64,000 bases of DNA from an uncultured virus (IMG/VR IMGVR_UViG_3300030329_004627) (lineage: Duplodnaviria > Heunggongvirae > Uroviricota > Caudoviricetes). The stretch lies in the IMG/VR virus record IMGVR_UViG_3300030329_004627; one strand, 5' to 3'. The notes under the pieces were generated by a model. It saw only the letters and a list, made by a program, of their open reading frames with translations. It had not been told where the DNA came from and did no database searches. The position numbers and the translations under genes were made by a program. The first letter of the stretch is position 1. Each line of letters opens with the position of its first letter. Below, in pieces: positions 49,701-60,000 of this stretch.

Positions 49701-50271
49701 AGGAAATAGCAAAATGTTGTTGTGTTTGATGAAAAAACTTGTTCAAAAAAATGAATACAAGATGATTTCTAGATATATTCTTCCGATAAACAAAATAGTT
49801 GCTATGGGTGCTCTTTACAATAATCTTGGATTTTTACCGTCAATAGGGGAAAAAACAGCTCCAATCGGAAAATCGAGCGGACCCCTTGCCTCAAATGCAT
49901 CAAAGCCGGGAATGAAAGTGAATGTAACTGATACAGAAGTACAATATTCATATGTAGAGGGCTGGGCATCTGCTGCAGAAAGAATGCCGATCCCAGGAAC
50001 AACGCCTTTTGTTGTGGTATGGGATGAATGGGATCAGGTTTTACTAAGAAATACCCGTAGTACACTAAAGAGACTTTTTAAGATGTATTATAACTCGCGT
50101 ACATTTGATGTTTCTAGGTTGTCCGACGATGTTGATCCGTACTCGTTCACTGTTAGGTCTCTTAAGTCTGGTTTAAGATTAAAACAAGGACATCAGATAT
50201 TACCACGCTGGAAAAGGCGAAAATTAGTTAGCAATCCTTTTGATGCTAAAGGTAATTTATGTGAAAAATGA
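43771..50271 (+). CDS. Very large virion structural protein (2166 aa)
   Basis: Long ORF between the spike-like and gp25-like genes; His-rich inserts. Confidence 0.7.
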   Translation: MTSKFIKYQDYDGNNIPDVCDDLVTMPAESSCLDCKPNPSFVAPSWRNVPAKNPKSWLNEKTCKYQVAVSTKYTSLIPNADASESEAEEYTNNIFKEHQDEAIEALLLSFNKKTTTKSINTVAAAIEYENFDLDSRAISYVKLLYSVPQEVISGIEDADPEEEESEEGPGLPITVNFDGDDFNNSLFKIRRALKLYSRYLSVFRNVEKGNMIFIKSGLLFNLGRYGEGTGKGDADTIKIIQQHLEDFLSDHGLRLRGGPIVGIMGDRITQITFKFSEKYELVKIVALTEGCGNKPFKFGPKKLKPLTNKKELKDKTAMAYIAQSQEMIESLTSREPMPWIDFLIKYTYPSIKETFNWPLPASARSEVAASCVGDALAKKGVQLGQDLLDSTFSIADSFVYLFRKNNCLNSIADYENKKLEPYGLVLDPKNTNTWKDMASIAKIQAYKELESNDAVFVDLCFNILKGKFGKGDSSKPSDVIDQMWPEAFDRLKACGLAEFMLDTVKCLMANLTFEQAMSRVINAALQNMSIDNLGKLFIGLPADAQQDIADLVQQKIDNGDVFKPDSENAQLSSLIAQGADRTALQNTPPWSGENITMLDTRGQTAKTLATEPFRSGKGNRPTPEEQAQLPGERRTLAQQTLGIKGTAEQSLNQGVILQLYIESLIEYYSENLLEVMDMLNKFPGAPLIAETLAYFDCPTAPMFEPSYLDFIKDIELPFCKNGNEITLPVLQNPFGWIPEWKDIGKIAFDSLKLAIQNAIILALQKLMVKICNLLGGAMCKIGGTIGSVAFNIAEANNRDTLANTIASAICGGDTTSVNDTILDMFEKLGVGGAALANQEDVISFTGDISSMLTRSELMEAFLGNMSEQTSSLISDLIESEYPQFLEGLPDNGAIQDFFNNMGKIFPEDLKNDMRNFLDTLGPDDFLPANPTMCATPEAIEDFCNYRTSLLAGRATAAQAAQMCENYQNELMDEIGTLADALQGDPLADALPPLVSDPGCDNGLIPFESPEDQMIAGQSLTTILKQLLNSYSEDMLGNGPNEKKWGMMNMILSDTQGVPLTAHYRRAYNRRNYVDFIELNDNNILEDPEGMFPKYVAEWLRESMTGLVEDSENNMYFSSSNSYANSRPFTRTFSQVGISPVGGVKQLSLPNLGYDTSIRIDTAAREVTFIRNLRKKESDISLRFTDANKGLIELGSPWSYGFDIDMFLSEVHVAQERMTTEYVAPTAELTHEHIYFIDDNGKGKTNVIAGHSHKIIDNAIQEASSSMVGPHAHDLLANEAIINIESDNARININNLLNESALILPANILSLTVEEKAKIVSAVLTLNDNVTVDRSYEFLATDDTLADLDYINYPEFLSCFNMRRLYAPQVVLFNEIMTKNNITTTLEETKSMYDNLMSAAFKSVIGDIINNDVAWEYGALYDNLTKELAEYVVGEDQTDSPAGTAYGEAVINGEKISEDDMVMGISRDQLINGDNARVFYLDPGQFGGSYMNPKIYIKPLQNEGWLGFVDVMFPELSPCDPSKTDLVNLKQIEEEVSKSYKTLPEDERLKENDDCIVELPYNRILERTSKAGIQGLIKATCRIYASVHLIKSLATFSKFAPRFEEVCSSIFSQFIVEDMEKTLKDSQGAFWEAFNVFKDEEFWYAFLEQSVQTYGRLIDEGTVVLPPKHVLSALNEINDMQESYVYPTREDFRQAKQAGDARGFETFKNYKERLNYEAVKSTEKPAKIILQEMVKSELNSMGEILTSNMGDLNLSPDVYNLDYYLLTNLCQGTIDLELDKDIKETVSDDIPSTGSDSNLYTNGGQFTTPTGEEYVGFYHIHEDDEGALIYMAGAYHTSEQHEALNIFANKLIVPIGDVEEIGFEAQYNEEVPFVIEKYITVNGIRLTNDVALELIKSNDNALYISDVYPGTLRHVYASEATGEDIPQEEDMVVGLAGELGVRYGIALSIVAPDNTKKFLVSSEVDALDTLIGQFAPLEGNSKMLLCLMKKLVQKNEYKMISRYILPINKIVAMGALYNNLGFLPSIGEKTAPIGKSSGPLASNASKPGMKVNVTDTEVQYSYVEGWASAAERMPIPGTTPFVVVWDEWDQVLLRNTRSTLKRLFKMYYNSRTFDVSRLSDDVDPYSFTVRSLKSGLRLKQGHQILPRWKRRKLVSNPFDAKGNLCEK

Positions 50272-50303
50272 AACATATTTCTAATTAATATAGGAGATTT
50301 GCA

Positions 50304-50669
50304 ATGGCTTCAATCGGTGTAAGGTTACCGTTACAGTATGATTCAAGTAATGGATTTGGAATGCTAAAGACGCTTCCAGGCATGGTGAAGCAAAATTTTA
50401 AAATGCTTTTGTTCACGATTCCTGGCGAAAGAATCATGCAACCTAACTTTGGAGTAGGCGTTTTAACATATTTAATGAGTAACTTCTCAGAAGACGCTAT
50501 GCCACTATTGAGGGAAAGAATATATTCGCAAACAGAACTTTATTTGCCAGTGATAACTATAGAAGATATTGAGTTTTCTGCTGACCCTGATTCTAATTTT
50601 GTGCAGATGAGGATCATATATAGAATCCCTCGTTTAGGAATAAAGGATTTTCTAGATATCACTACTTAA
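50304..50669 (+). CDS. Baseplate wedge protein, gp25/GPW-like
   Basis: VKQNFKMLLFTIPGERIMQPNFGVG...YLPVI. Confidence 0.88.
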   Translation: MASIGVRLPLQYDSSNGFGMLKTLPGMVKQNFKMLLFTIPGERIMQPNFGVGVLTYLMSNFSEDAMPLLRERIYSQTELYLPVITIEDIEFSADPDSNFVQMRIIYRIPRLGIKDFLDITT

Positions 50670-50684
50670 TATCGAGGATATTTT

Positions 50685-52481
50685 ATGCCAAAAGATCAAA
50701 AAATAACTATACCGATAGATTACACTCATCGAGATTTTCAAAGCATTAGGGACGACCTGATGCAAATAGCAGAAAGGTTTTATCCTGACACCTTTCAAGA
50801 TTTTAGTGAAGCATCGTTTGGTTCGTTAATGATTGATGCAGTTGCTTATGTTGGCGATCAGCTGTCTTTTTATCTAGATTATAGCGTTAATGAATCTTTT
50901 TTAGACACAGCGTTTAGTTATAACAATATTCTCCGACATGGAAGGATATTGGGCTACAAAAGCCCTGGACCATCTTCAGCATATGGCAAGGTAGCATTTT
51001 TTGTACAAGTGCCGGCAGAAACTAGCGGATTAGGTCCAGACACACGATATATTCCTATGTTGCTTAAAGGCACAAGACTTTCTTCAGATAATAAGTTAAA
51101 TTTTATATTAACTGAAAACGTAGACTTTAGTGATCCGAAAAATCCAATAGTAGTTTCTCAGGTTTCAGATTCTACTGGTGCCCCCACTTATTTTGCAATC
51201 AAAGCTTACGGAAATGTTGTATCGGGCATGTTCGGTCGCATTTCAAAAACTATAGGGCCGTATGAAAGATTTAGAAAAATAAAAGTTGGAGGCTCATCTA
51301 TTAATGAAATTATAAATGTAATGGACTCCGAAGGCAATGAATATTTCGAAGTTGATTATTTGGCGCAAGATATAATATATGAAGAAATTCCAAATGACAA
51401 CTATAAAAACGATAATGTGCCTTCTATTTTAAAACCTAAAGTAGTGTCTCGCAAGTTTGTAGTCATGAGGGAAAGAGATGGCCTGTATCTACAGTTTGGA
51501 AGCGGGATAGAATCGTCAACAAATATTATTGCCAAACCTCAAGATGTTGCATTAGATATTTTTGGTAAAAGTTATGTAACTACGACAACTTTTGATCCAA
51601 CTCGTATTTCCGAAAATACAACATACGGAATTGTTCCCACCAATACCACTTTAAACATAACATATAGAACAACAAATCGTGGAAATTCTAGTGTTAGTGT
51701 CGGCTCTTTAAATAACGTTACAACGCCGTTAGTAGATTTTGAAAATGTCACATCTTTAAGTCGAACAAGCATGCAAGAAGTTGCTTCATCTATAGAGGTT
51801 GTTAATGAAGAGCCTATGTCAGCCGGCAACACATCCGTAAGCAATAATGAGCTAAAAAGAAGAATCCTTGATACTTTTCCGACTCAAAATAGAGCAGTCA
51901 CCCAGTCTGATTATGAAAATTTATGCTTAAGAATGCCTGGTAAATTTGGTACAATAATGCGAGTCAGCGCGCAAAAAGATCCAGATTCTTTAAAAAGAAA
52001 CTTAAATTTATATGTTATCTCAACTAATCAAAATGGAGAATTGGCTCCTGCAACTGCAACTACTAAAAATAATTTAAAAACATGGATTAATGATTATAGA
52101 ATGATTAATGATACGGTCGACATATTAGATCCTTATATAATCAATATTGGTTTAAACTTTTCTATCAAAGTGCTATCAGCGGCAGATCGAACAAATGTCC
52201 TTAACCAAGCGATGGCTTCATTGACCGCCAGGTATTCAGATAAAATGTTTATTGGTGAGCATTTTTATATTAGTGATGTGTATACGACTTTAAGCAAAGT
52301 ACAGGGAGTCATTGATGTCAGAAATGTACAGATTATTTCAAAATTAGGTTCTGCATACTCAAACATACCATTTTCAATAAATGATAACTTGTCGCCCGAT
52401 GGAAGTTATCTAATGTGCCCAAAAAACGCTATATTCGAAATTAAATTTTCATCTGTTGATATCAAAGGTAAGATTACATAA
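50685..52481 (+). CDS. Baseplate wedge protein, T4 gp6/baseplate J-like
   Basis: IDYTHRDFQSIR, AYVGDQLSFY, NESFLDTA, LQFGSG, QNRAVTQSDY. Confidence 0.88.
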   Translation: MPKDQKITIPIDYTHRDFQSIRDDLMQIAERFYPDTFQDFSEASFGSLMIDAVAYVGDQLSFYLDYSVNESFLDTAFSYNNILRHGRILGYKSPGPSSAYGKVAFFVQVPAETSGLGPDTRYIPMLLKGTRLSSDNKLNFILTENVDFSDPKNPIVVSQVSDSTGAPTYFAIKAYGNVVSGMFGRISKTIGPYERFRKIKVGGSSINEIINVMDSEGNEYFEVDYLAQDIIYEEIPNDNYKNDNVPSILKPKVVSRKFVVMRERDGLYLQFGSGIESSTNIIAKPQDVALDIFGKSYVTTTTFDPTRISENTTYGIVPTNTTLNITYRTTNRGNSSVSVGSLNNVTTPLVDFENVTSLSRTSMQEVASSIEVVNEEPMSAGNTSVSNNELKRRILDTFPTQNRAVTQSDYENLCLRMPGKFGTIMRVSAQKDPDSLKRNLNLYVISTNQNGELAPATATTKNNLKTWINDYRMINDTVDILDPYIINIGLNFSIKVLSAADRTNVLNQAMASLTARYSDKMFIGEHFYISDVYTTLSKVQGVIDVRNVQIISKLGSAYSNIPFSINDNLSPDGSYLMCPKNAIFEIKFSSVDIKGKIT

Positions 52482-54028
52482 TGTTAAAAAGATATACAGC
52501 TAGCGCTGATAATACTATCGTCAATGCCTTTGAGCCAAACTTACGAACACGCGCAACCGGTGCCAATACGGGATTAGCCGATGTGCTTGAAGTGTATTCA
52601 ATCTATGGGCGCCAGTATACCGGCTCTCAAGAACTATCGCGAATACTTATAAAATTTCCAATAACCGATATAAGTGCCGATAGAACATCAGGTACCGTTC
52701 CTGCTAGCGGTAGCGTTAGTTTTTATTTGCGACTTTTTAACGCTCCAACTTCTAAAACTGTTCCAAAAGATTTTAGATTAGTAGCAAATCCAATGAAAAG
52801 CCCATGGCAAGAAGGCGTAGGATTAGATTTAGAGACATACCAAGATGAAACTAAAGGAAACGAAGGCTCGAACTGGATGAGCGCTTCTAGTACTTCATCG
52901 TGGAATTCAGTCTCAGGTGGTGCCGATTGGCTATCAAGCTCTGCTGATTATAGGTACGAACAGCTATTCAGAGTAGGAACAGAAAATTTAGAAATTAATA
53001 TCACCCCATTAGTCGAGAGGTGGATTAAAGGATCCGGTGGTGGCGGGATTGCCAACTATGGTATTGGAATCAAATTGACTTCCAGTCAAGAAGCTTTCGG
53101 AACAGCATCTTCTGGAGATGCGCAAAGCGTGCAAAATATCAAAGATGGCGCCACAAAATCTTACTATACAAAAAGATTTTTCGCCAGAGGAACGCAATAC
53201 TTTTATTCGCGCCCTGTTATTGAAGCCCGTTGGGACTCCACCACTCGCGACGATCGGGGAAACTTTTTCTTTAGTAGCTCCAGGGCGCCCGCGGCAGACA
53301 ACTTAAACACTCTTTATTTTTACAATTATGTAAGGGGGCGCCTAGTTAACCTTCCAAACGTTGGGACTGGTTTAATAAGAGTCAGCCTATATTCAGGCTC
53401 TTTATACAATACACACCCATCTGGCTCTAAACTTTCGCTATATGACTCAAAACCAAATATGACTGGCGGCTGGGTGTCTACTGGAATTTATTCTTGTTCT
53501 ATTGGAATCGATTCTTCATCTCATACAACGCTTTACGATGTTTGGCATTCTCAATCAGCAGGTGGCTCGACAGTAACTGAATATTTCACTGGGTCGATAA
53601 TCCCATCATTATTTGGAGGAGGTAGCAATCATTCTTTGCCCTCTCGCGTATTAAATATTACAAATTTACAGAACAAGTATAGGTCCGATCAGACTGCTCG
53701 TTTAAACTTATTTGTTAGAGATCGAAATTGGTCTCCAAACACTTACACTAGGGTTGTTTCTAGCGTGAGATCTACGGCTATTGTTAGTGCGTCGTATAGA
53801 GTTTTTAGAATGTTAGATGGATATGAAGCTGTTCCGTATGGCACGGGATCAGATTTTCACACTGGCTTATCGTATGATGTGTCGGGAAATTATTTTGATT
53901 TAGACATGAATCTCTTAGAGCCAGGGTATGCATATGGTTTAAGATTTTCGTTTTATGACGAAGAGCTAGATTCATGGGAAGAGCAAAGCGAAACATTTAA
54001 GTTCAGAGTAGAGAATTATGAGTATTAA
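52481..54028 (+). CDS. Ser/Gly-rich virion structural protein
   Basis: ADNTI, SRILIKF, WQEG.G, P.IEARWD; baseplate context. Confidence 0.65.
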   Translation: MLKRYTASADNTIVNAFEPNLRTRATGANTGLADVLEVYSIYGRQYTGSQELSRILIKFPITDISADRTSGTVPASGSVSFYLRLFNAPTSKTVPKDFRLVANPMKSPWQEGVGLDLETYQDETKGNEGSNWMSASSTSSWNSVSGGADWLSSSADYRYEQLFRVGTENLEINITPLVERWIKGSGGGGIANYGIGIKLTSSQEAFGTASSGDAQSVQNIKDGATKSYYTKRFFARGTQYFYSRPVIEARWDSTTRDDRGNFFFSSSRAPAADNLNTLYFYNYVRGRLVNLPNVGTGLIRVSLYSGSLYNTHPSGSKLSLYDSKPNMTGGWVSTGIYSCSIGIDSSSHTTLYDVWHSQSAGGSTVTEYFTGSIIPSLFGGGSNHSLPSRVLNITNLQNKYRSDQTARLNLFVRDRNWSPNTYTRVVSSVRSTAIVSASYRVFRMLDGYEAVPYGTGSDFHTGLSYDVSGNYFDLDMNLLEPGYAYGLRFSFYDEELDSWEEQSETFKFRVENYEY

Positions 54029-57000
54029 AAAATTATTTGATGGCATAACTCAAGATAAACAATACAGCGAATACGAAACGGAAAAAGATGCCTTTGAGTC
54101 GGTTGAATCTTCCGACAACGCTTCTGAAATAATCCTTAAGCAAAACACCTTTGTTCCGCAAGTTGACTATTCAGAGGCCTCTCAGTTTGTTAAGTTTGGA
54201 TCAGCTTATTATTACTACAAAGGCGCCCTCACTAAAATATCAGAATATTATCCGTATGATGGTTCCGACGCAGAAAAAAATAAGTTTTACAACAGCTTGC
54301 TTGATGTAGAAAAATATATTTTTGATAATGAATATCCGCGAACTACTGGTTATATTAACTTATGCAGCAACGGTTGGGGCTCCGTCAGCTCAACAGTTGA
54401 CGGATATGGCTATCCGGCTACAACAGAATATATCACTTTTAAAGGCGGTCCCGTTACTTCTTCAGGCGCATCTCTGGTGGCCCAAGGCCCCAATCCTTAC
54501 AGTGATAAAATACATAGTTCAAATATATATGACGAAAATATTTATCAAACAGCTGGCCTTCCTTCTAGCTATGGAAGCGGCACAAGGCTTTCAAATTTAA
54601 GAGCTAATCTTGATGATGGCGTAACAGTCGAGTTTTGGTTAAAATCGGGCTCTCTTAATAATGCTGCGACAACACAAAAACAAGTTATTTTTGACTGGTG
54701 GAATAATGAAGCAGTATCAGATGCCGATTATGGACGTATTCTTATTGAGCTAACTTCCTCAAAAGATGCCGCCGGCAACTTCATGAGGCCATTTTTGGTT
54801 ACAGTTCAGTCTGGAGCCTGTACAACTAAGGATTTTATTAGTATCGGTTCTTCATCTTTAGAACCAAGCCTGGGATCGTGGGGGCATTATGCGTTTAGAA
54901 TATATAATAGCGCTTCTGCGTTGCATACTGATTTATATGCTAATGGTAGCTTGAGCGATACGGCAATTAAGCAATCTTACAACCTTTCGTCTTCTGTTGG
55001 CGCCCGCTCATGGCCGACCGCAATCGATAAATCTTATTCTTCGTCTGACACTCTACAAGGATGGTGGAGACTAAATGAGGATGTTTCTTCTACAGGAAAT
55101 GTCACCGACAGTAGCGGTAATAGCCGCGCAGGCACTTTTGATGCTGCTGGCGATCGCCCGGCATACGATACCTCGAATATTCCTAGTGCCTATATTCAAG
55201 CTGCTACTAATACATTTGATGGTACCGATGATACAATCAACATTGGCACCGCCGCAACATGGAATTCGATTATCGGCAATGGAACCGGTGGAACTTCCAA
55301 GATGACTTTTTCTTCTTGGATTAGAAACACATCCGGCACATCAACTCGTACTATTACTTATTGGGGAGCCAATACTCGTGTAAGAATTACATCCGATGAA
55401 AGAGTAGAATTTCACACTCAGTGGAACTCTTCAGGAGTTACGTGGCAAACAGCCGCATCTACTATAACATTAAACACTTGGACACACATTGCAGTTGTTT
55501 ATGATGCAACCACGACAAACGATCCTGTGATATATGTAGATGGTGTAGCAAAAAGCGTAACAAAAACAGGCACTGTTACTGGAACATGGGACGGCTTATC
55601 TTCTGGAAATGCATATATTGCTAGCCAAGGTAGCAGCATAGAGTACGCAGGACAACTAGCAGATATTTGTGTCTGGAACTCTTGTCTTGCCGCGGCCGAG
55701 ATTAAATCAATATATAAAGCCGCCTCAATCCCCGCAGCATTTTCTACATTCACCGAGCTAAACTCAAAAGCAGCAATGGGTCGTATTGGTGCCCTTCAGG
55801 TGTCGCCTCCTGGCATTGCCGCCACAGCTGGCGCTGGAAAACTTTCAGGATCTTTGGATGAGTTCAGATTCTGGAAGGTAAAACGTAACGCTGCCCAAAT
55901 TGCCGAAAACTATTTTGTGCCCGTAAATGGCGGCACAAATACAGATATTTCTAATACGACGCTAGGTGTGTATTTTAAATTTAATGAAGGTATAGTGGGC
56001 ACCTCGGCCGACGATAGTATTGTTTTAGATTACGCCGGCAGATTAAGCAACGGAGTTTGGACTGGGTACCCTGGGACAGGAGCGAGAAACAGCGGCTCTG
56101 CTATAGTTTCTGCTAGCGCAGCAACAAAAGAGTACTTAGATCCGATTATTAGACAATCTAACCCTCGTTATTTGGCCTTATCGTCAAGCTTGGTTGAATC
56201 TGGCTCTTGGTTTGATTCAAATAATAATTCACAATTTTTAAACTATGTGCCTTCGTGGATTATTGAAGAGCATGAAAATCTTGGAAATCAAAATTTAGCA
56301 ATTATCTCCCACATATTAGGCTCTTACTTTGATAAAATATATGGGCTAACAACTCAAATACCCAAAGTAAGACAAGAAACTTTTACAACTTCTTCTCACC
56401 GTCCTGTGCCATTCGCAAGTCATTTACCAAAGTCGTTAGGCATGACAATGCCAGAAGTTTTTATCGATGCGTCAGTTAGAGAAAAGTTATTAGATCGCAG
56501 CAAGACTTCGCTTTTTGAAAAAGATGTTGACGATATTAAAAACTTAATATATCTTAATTTATACAACAATTTAACAAATATTTATAAATCTAAAGGCACT
56601 GAAAAAGCTATTAGAAATGTAATGAGGTGTTTTTATTTAGATGATTCGTTATTCCGCCTAACAACATATACGACAAACAATACATATGAATTAAGAAACA
56701 ATGTTGTACAACACATCGACATCGATCGATCAATAAATTTTGGTTCCCCTGGTAATACTTCTGCTGTTGTTTATCAAAAAGAAGACTCAACAAATGACGA
56801 AAGTAGAGGTTATATTTCTGGTTCTGGCGTGAGAACTATGGAATCGACAAAATGGCAAGGACATCAACAAGAAGATCCTTTTGGATTTACTACTGAAGCA
56901 TCTATAACCTTCCCCCACTATAATTTATTAAACCCTACTTCGGCTTCAATTGATAGGAGTTTTGTAAGTTGTTCGTTATTCGGATTACACACTGTCAACA

Positions 57001-60000
57001 CTGCAAGCGCAGATACGCTGGCTGATCCTAGGTTTATTGCCAATGATTATGCAAACTTTCAAGTTTTTGCAGTACGTTCCAATCCGGCTTCTAAAAATAT
57101 TACATTTTTGTTGACATCTTCAAATTATCCTTATCCGGTGCCTACGCTTTCTAGTAGTGTGTTTTTTAATGTATATAATGAAGAAAACTGGAACCTATCA
57201 GTTAGATTGCGCCCTATCGGCGGTGTTCAAAGCGGCTTTGTCACAGGCTCGAATTCAGGTTCATATGAGGTCATTTTTAGAGGCACCTCTACAAATTTAG
57301 GAAGTTTGGATAGAAATTTTGAAGTTTCGGGTACTGTAAATTATATTACCGGAACAATGTTGGCACGCGCACCTAAACGAATTTATGCGGGATCCCGTCG
57401 CCAAAATATTACTGGTGCCGTTTTACAGCAATCAGATGTAAAAATCATGAATGTTAAACACTGGATGAGAACTATAGATAGCTCTTCGTTAAACATGCAT
57501 GCATTTGATGGGAACAATCAAGGAATCAGCTCATCCTATCAAAATATTGCAGCTCTTCCGGCTAATAGCAATCCAGATGGGAGATTAGATTTATTAAATT
57601 ATAATACACTAGCTTTACAGTGGACATTTGAAAATGTAACCGGCTCAAACGCCGCGGGTAATTTTACTACTGTCGATAATAGTTCGGGCTCTGCTCTTGT
57701 TAGAGATAACTATGGCTGGCTAGGAGGCGCAACAGGTTATCAACATTCAGGATACGGCTATGGGTTTACCGGATCTTCTACTAATGTTGTGGATAACAAT
57801 CCGACTAATATGTTTAAGTTTATCGATCCTGAAAACGCAGTAGGCACTGACATGGTTCAAGTTTTATCTGAAGACGATAAAGTATTTGGGGTTGTCGAGA
57901 CAGTGCCGAGTTATCTTTTTACTATAGAAAAAAGCATGTTTCAATCCGTTAGTGAAGAAATGCTTAAATTTTTTGCTGGAGTTGTAGATTTTAATAATCT
58001 GATTGGAAGCCCTGTTAACAGATATAGGTCAAGATATAAAGACATTGAGAAGTTGCGTGAAGCCTTTTTTCGACGCGTTACCACAACTTCAGATGTGGAA
58101 AAGTTTGTCAATTATTATAAGTGGTTTGATGATGCGATTTCATCTGTTGTGGCTCAACTTATACCTGCTTCTGCTGATTTTGTTGACGATGTTTTAAATA
58201 CGGTTGAGTCGCACGTACTAGAGAGAAACAAGTATCAAAGCATGTACCCAACACTTGACACCAAGTCTCCTGATTTAAGCGCAGCTATAACCAGTGATTC
58301 GGTTATCGCACCTTGGAGTTTGCAATCTACAACGTTACCATCTTCTCCTCGCGACACAACTAAACATGAGTACTTTTGGAAAAATGTTGCAATCAGAACA
58401 GGCTCTCTTGTTTCAGAAATTGGCTCAGGCAATCCAACTGTAGATAGCCAAAGAGATACTATTAAAAAAGTTATCTCTTCTGCCCCAAAACTTAGCTCCT
58501 CTTTGCCAGTATTTTCTACTGTAGGGGGTACAACATATCAAAGAAATACATTAGCAAGTAGAAGATCCCAAAAAGTATATAAAATATCTAAAGATAAATA
58601 TGCAGTCACAGGAGCTATTTTCAAAGGTGGAACTAACTTTGGCCCACTTAAAAATATTGATTTTACTTATAATGCTCTTCGGCCCGCTGGCCCTGTCAGT
58701 ACAGAAAATGATACGTATGTGCCGCAAAACGTTTTATTGTCTTTTGGATCTGATTTTGAATCTCTAAGAAACGTTCATGATCCTCCCCAAATCCCTAGTG
58801 CAAAGGTTAAGCGTTTTGCAAAAGTTCAACACGGGCGCAATTGGCAAGATGGATTAGGCTATGCTAACGTTAGCTCTAAAATAGCGTTTCCGTTTAATAT
58901 TATTAGCGGCACCGTAAATAGTGGATACCAAAAACTAGTGAGTGATACTGTTTCCGGCAGCGTAATGATTACTAATCTTCATAATGATGTTTACGGCCCG
59001 GCCATGGAAAAACCCATGCAAGGTCCGTTTACAGAATACGCCGTTGGCGGTCATCAATCTAGACACGTTTCAATCAATAGTGGCGCAGCGGACACATATT
59101 TAAATCGCCCAGAAGCATGGAAAATTTTATTAGGTACCTGCACAATACCATCTGGCGCTATCGGAATGGTTGGTCCTGATTACCCATGGCCCGAAGCTAA
59201 TGATATTGGCAAAACGCCCTATCCAATGACCGGATCTCAAAAAGCGTGGCTATATAGAGATTATGTTGCAAAACGACCGGTTAACATAAGAAATATCAGA
59301 CACACCACAGGCTCAACTGTGCTTGGAAACTATAATGAAAATTATGATGTAGTAAGCACATTTGGTGCTTATTCCAACCCGATAGCATTTAGAGAAAACC
59401 AGCCAACTTTACCGTCGACAGTTTTACAATACAATGCCACCTCCTCAACAACTGCAGAAACAATTTTAGGCATCCACAGAACAGAAAATAATCACTTTCA
59501 GTTTGTTGCTCCGTATTCAGTGGAGTATTTTAGTAACGGCCATCGCAATAAAAACGTAATCAAAACTCGTTTTGGCGCCCCAGGCGGCATTGAAACTTCT
59601 GCGCCAGCATACAATGATTTTAGATCAGATGAATATTCAGTTTATAATACAATAAACTACAGAAATTTAACTGTGCGCAAGCCTTGGCAGCCGCCATCGG
59701 GCACTTTAGATCCCTTAGTTCCTCTTGTATCAACCCCGGCAGGCATACATGTATATGATATCCATGGTAAAGATTATGGCTTAACATCGCAACTTTCACG
59801 CCATACGGCAAGATTTGGTAGAGACTCTCTTTTTGTAACATCAGCCGGCGATCTTCCAGGAGCTTCTTATGTACAGTTGCCCGGATTTCACAAGGTGCAC
59901 CGAAATAATATAACAAGAATTAAAAGAACCGATTCGCTTGTTAATACTATGTCTAAGCCTTTGACAAACTCTAAAAGCATCAATTACAGAGTCGATCAAT

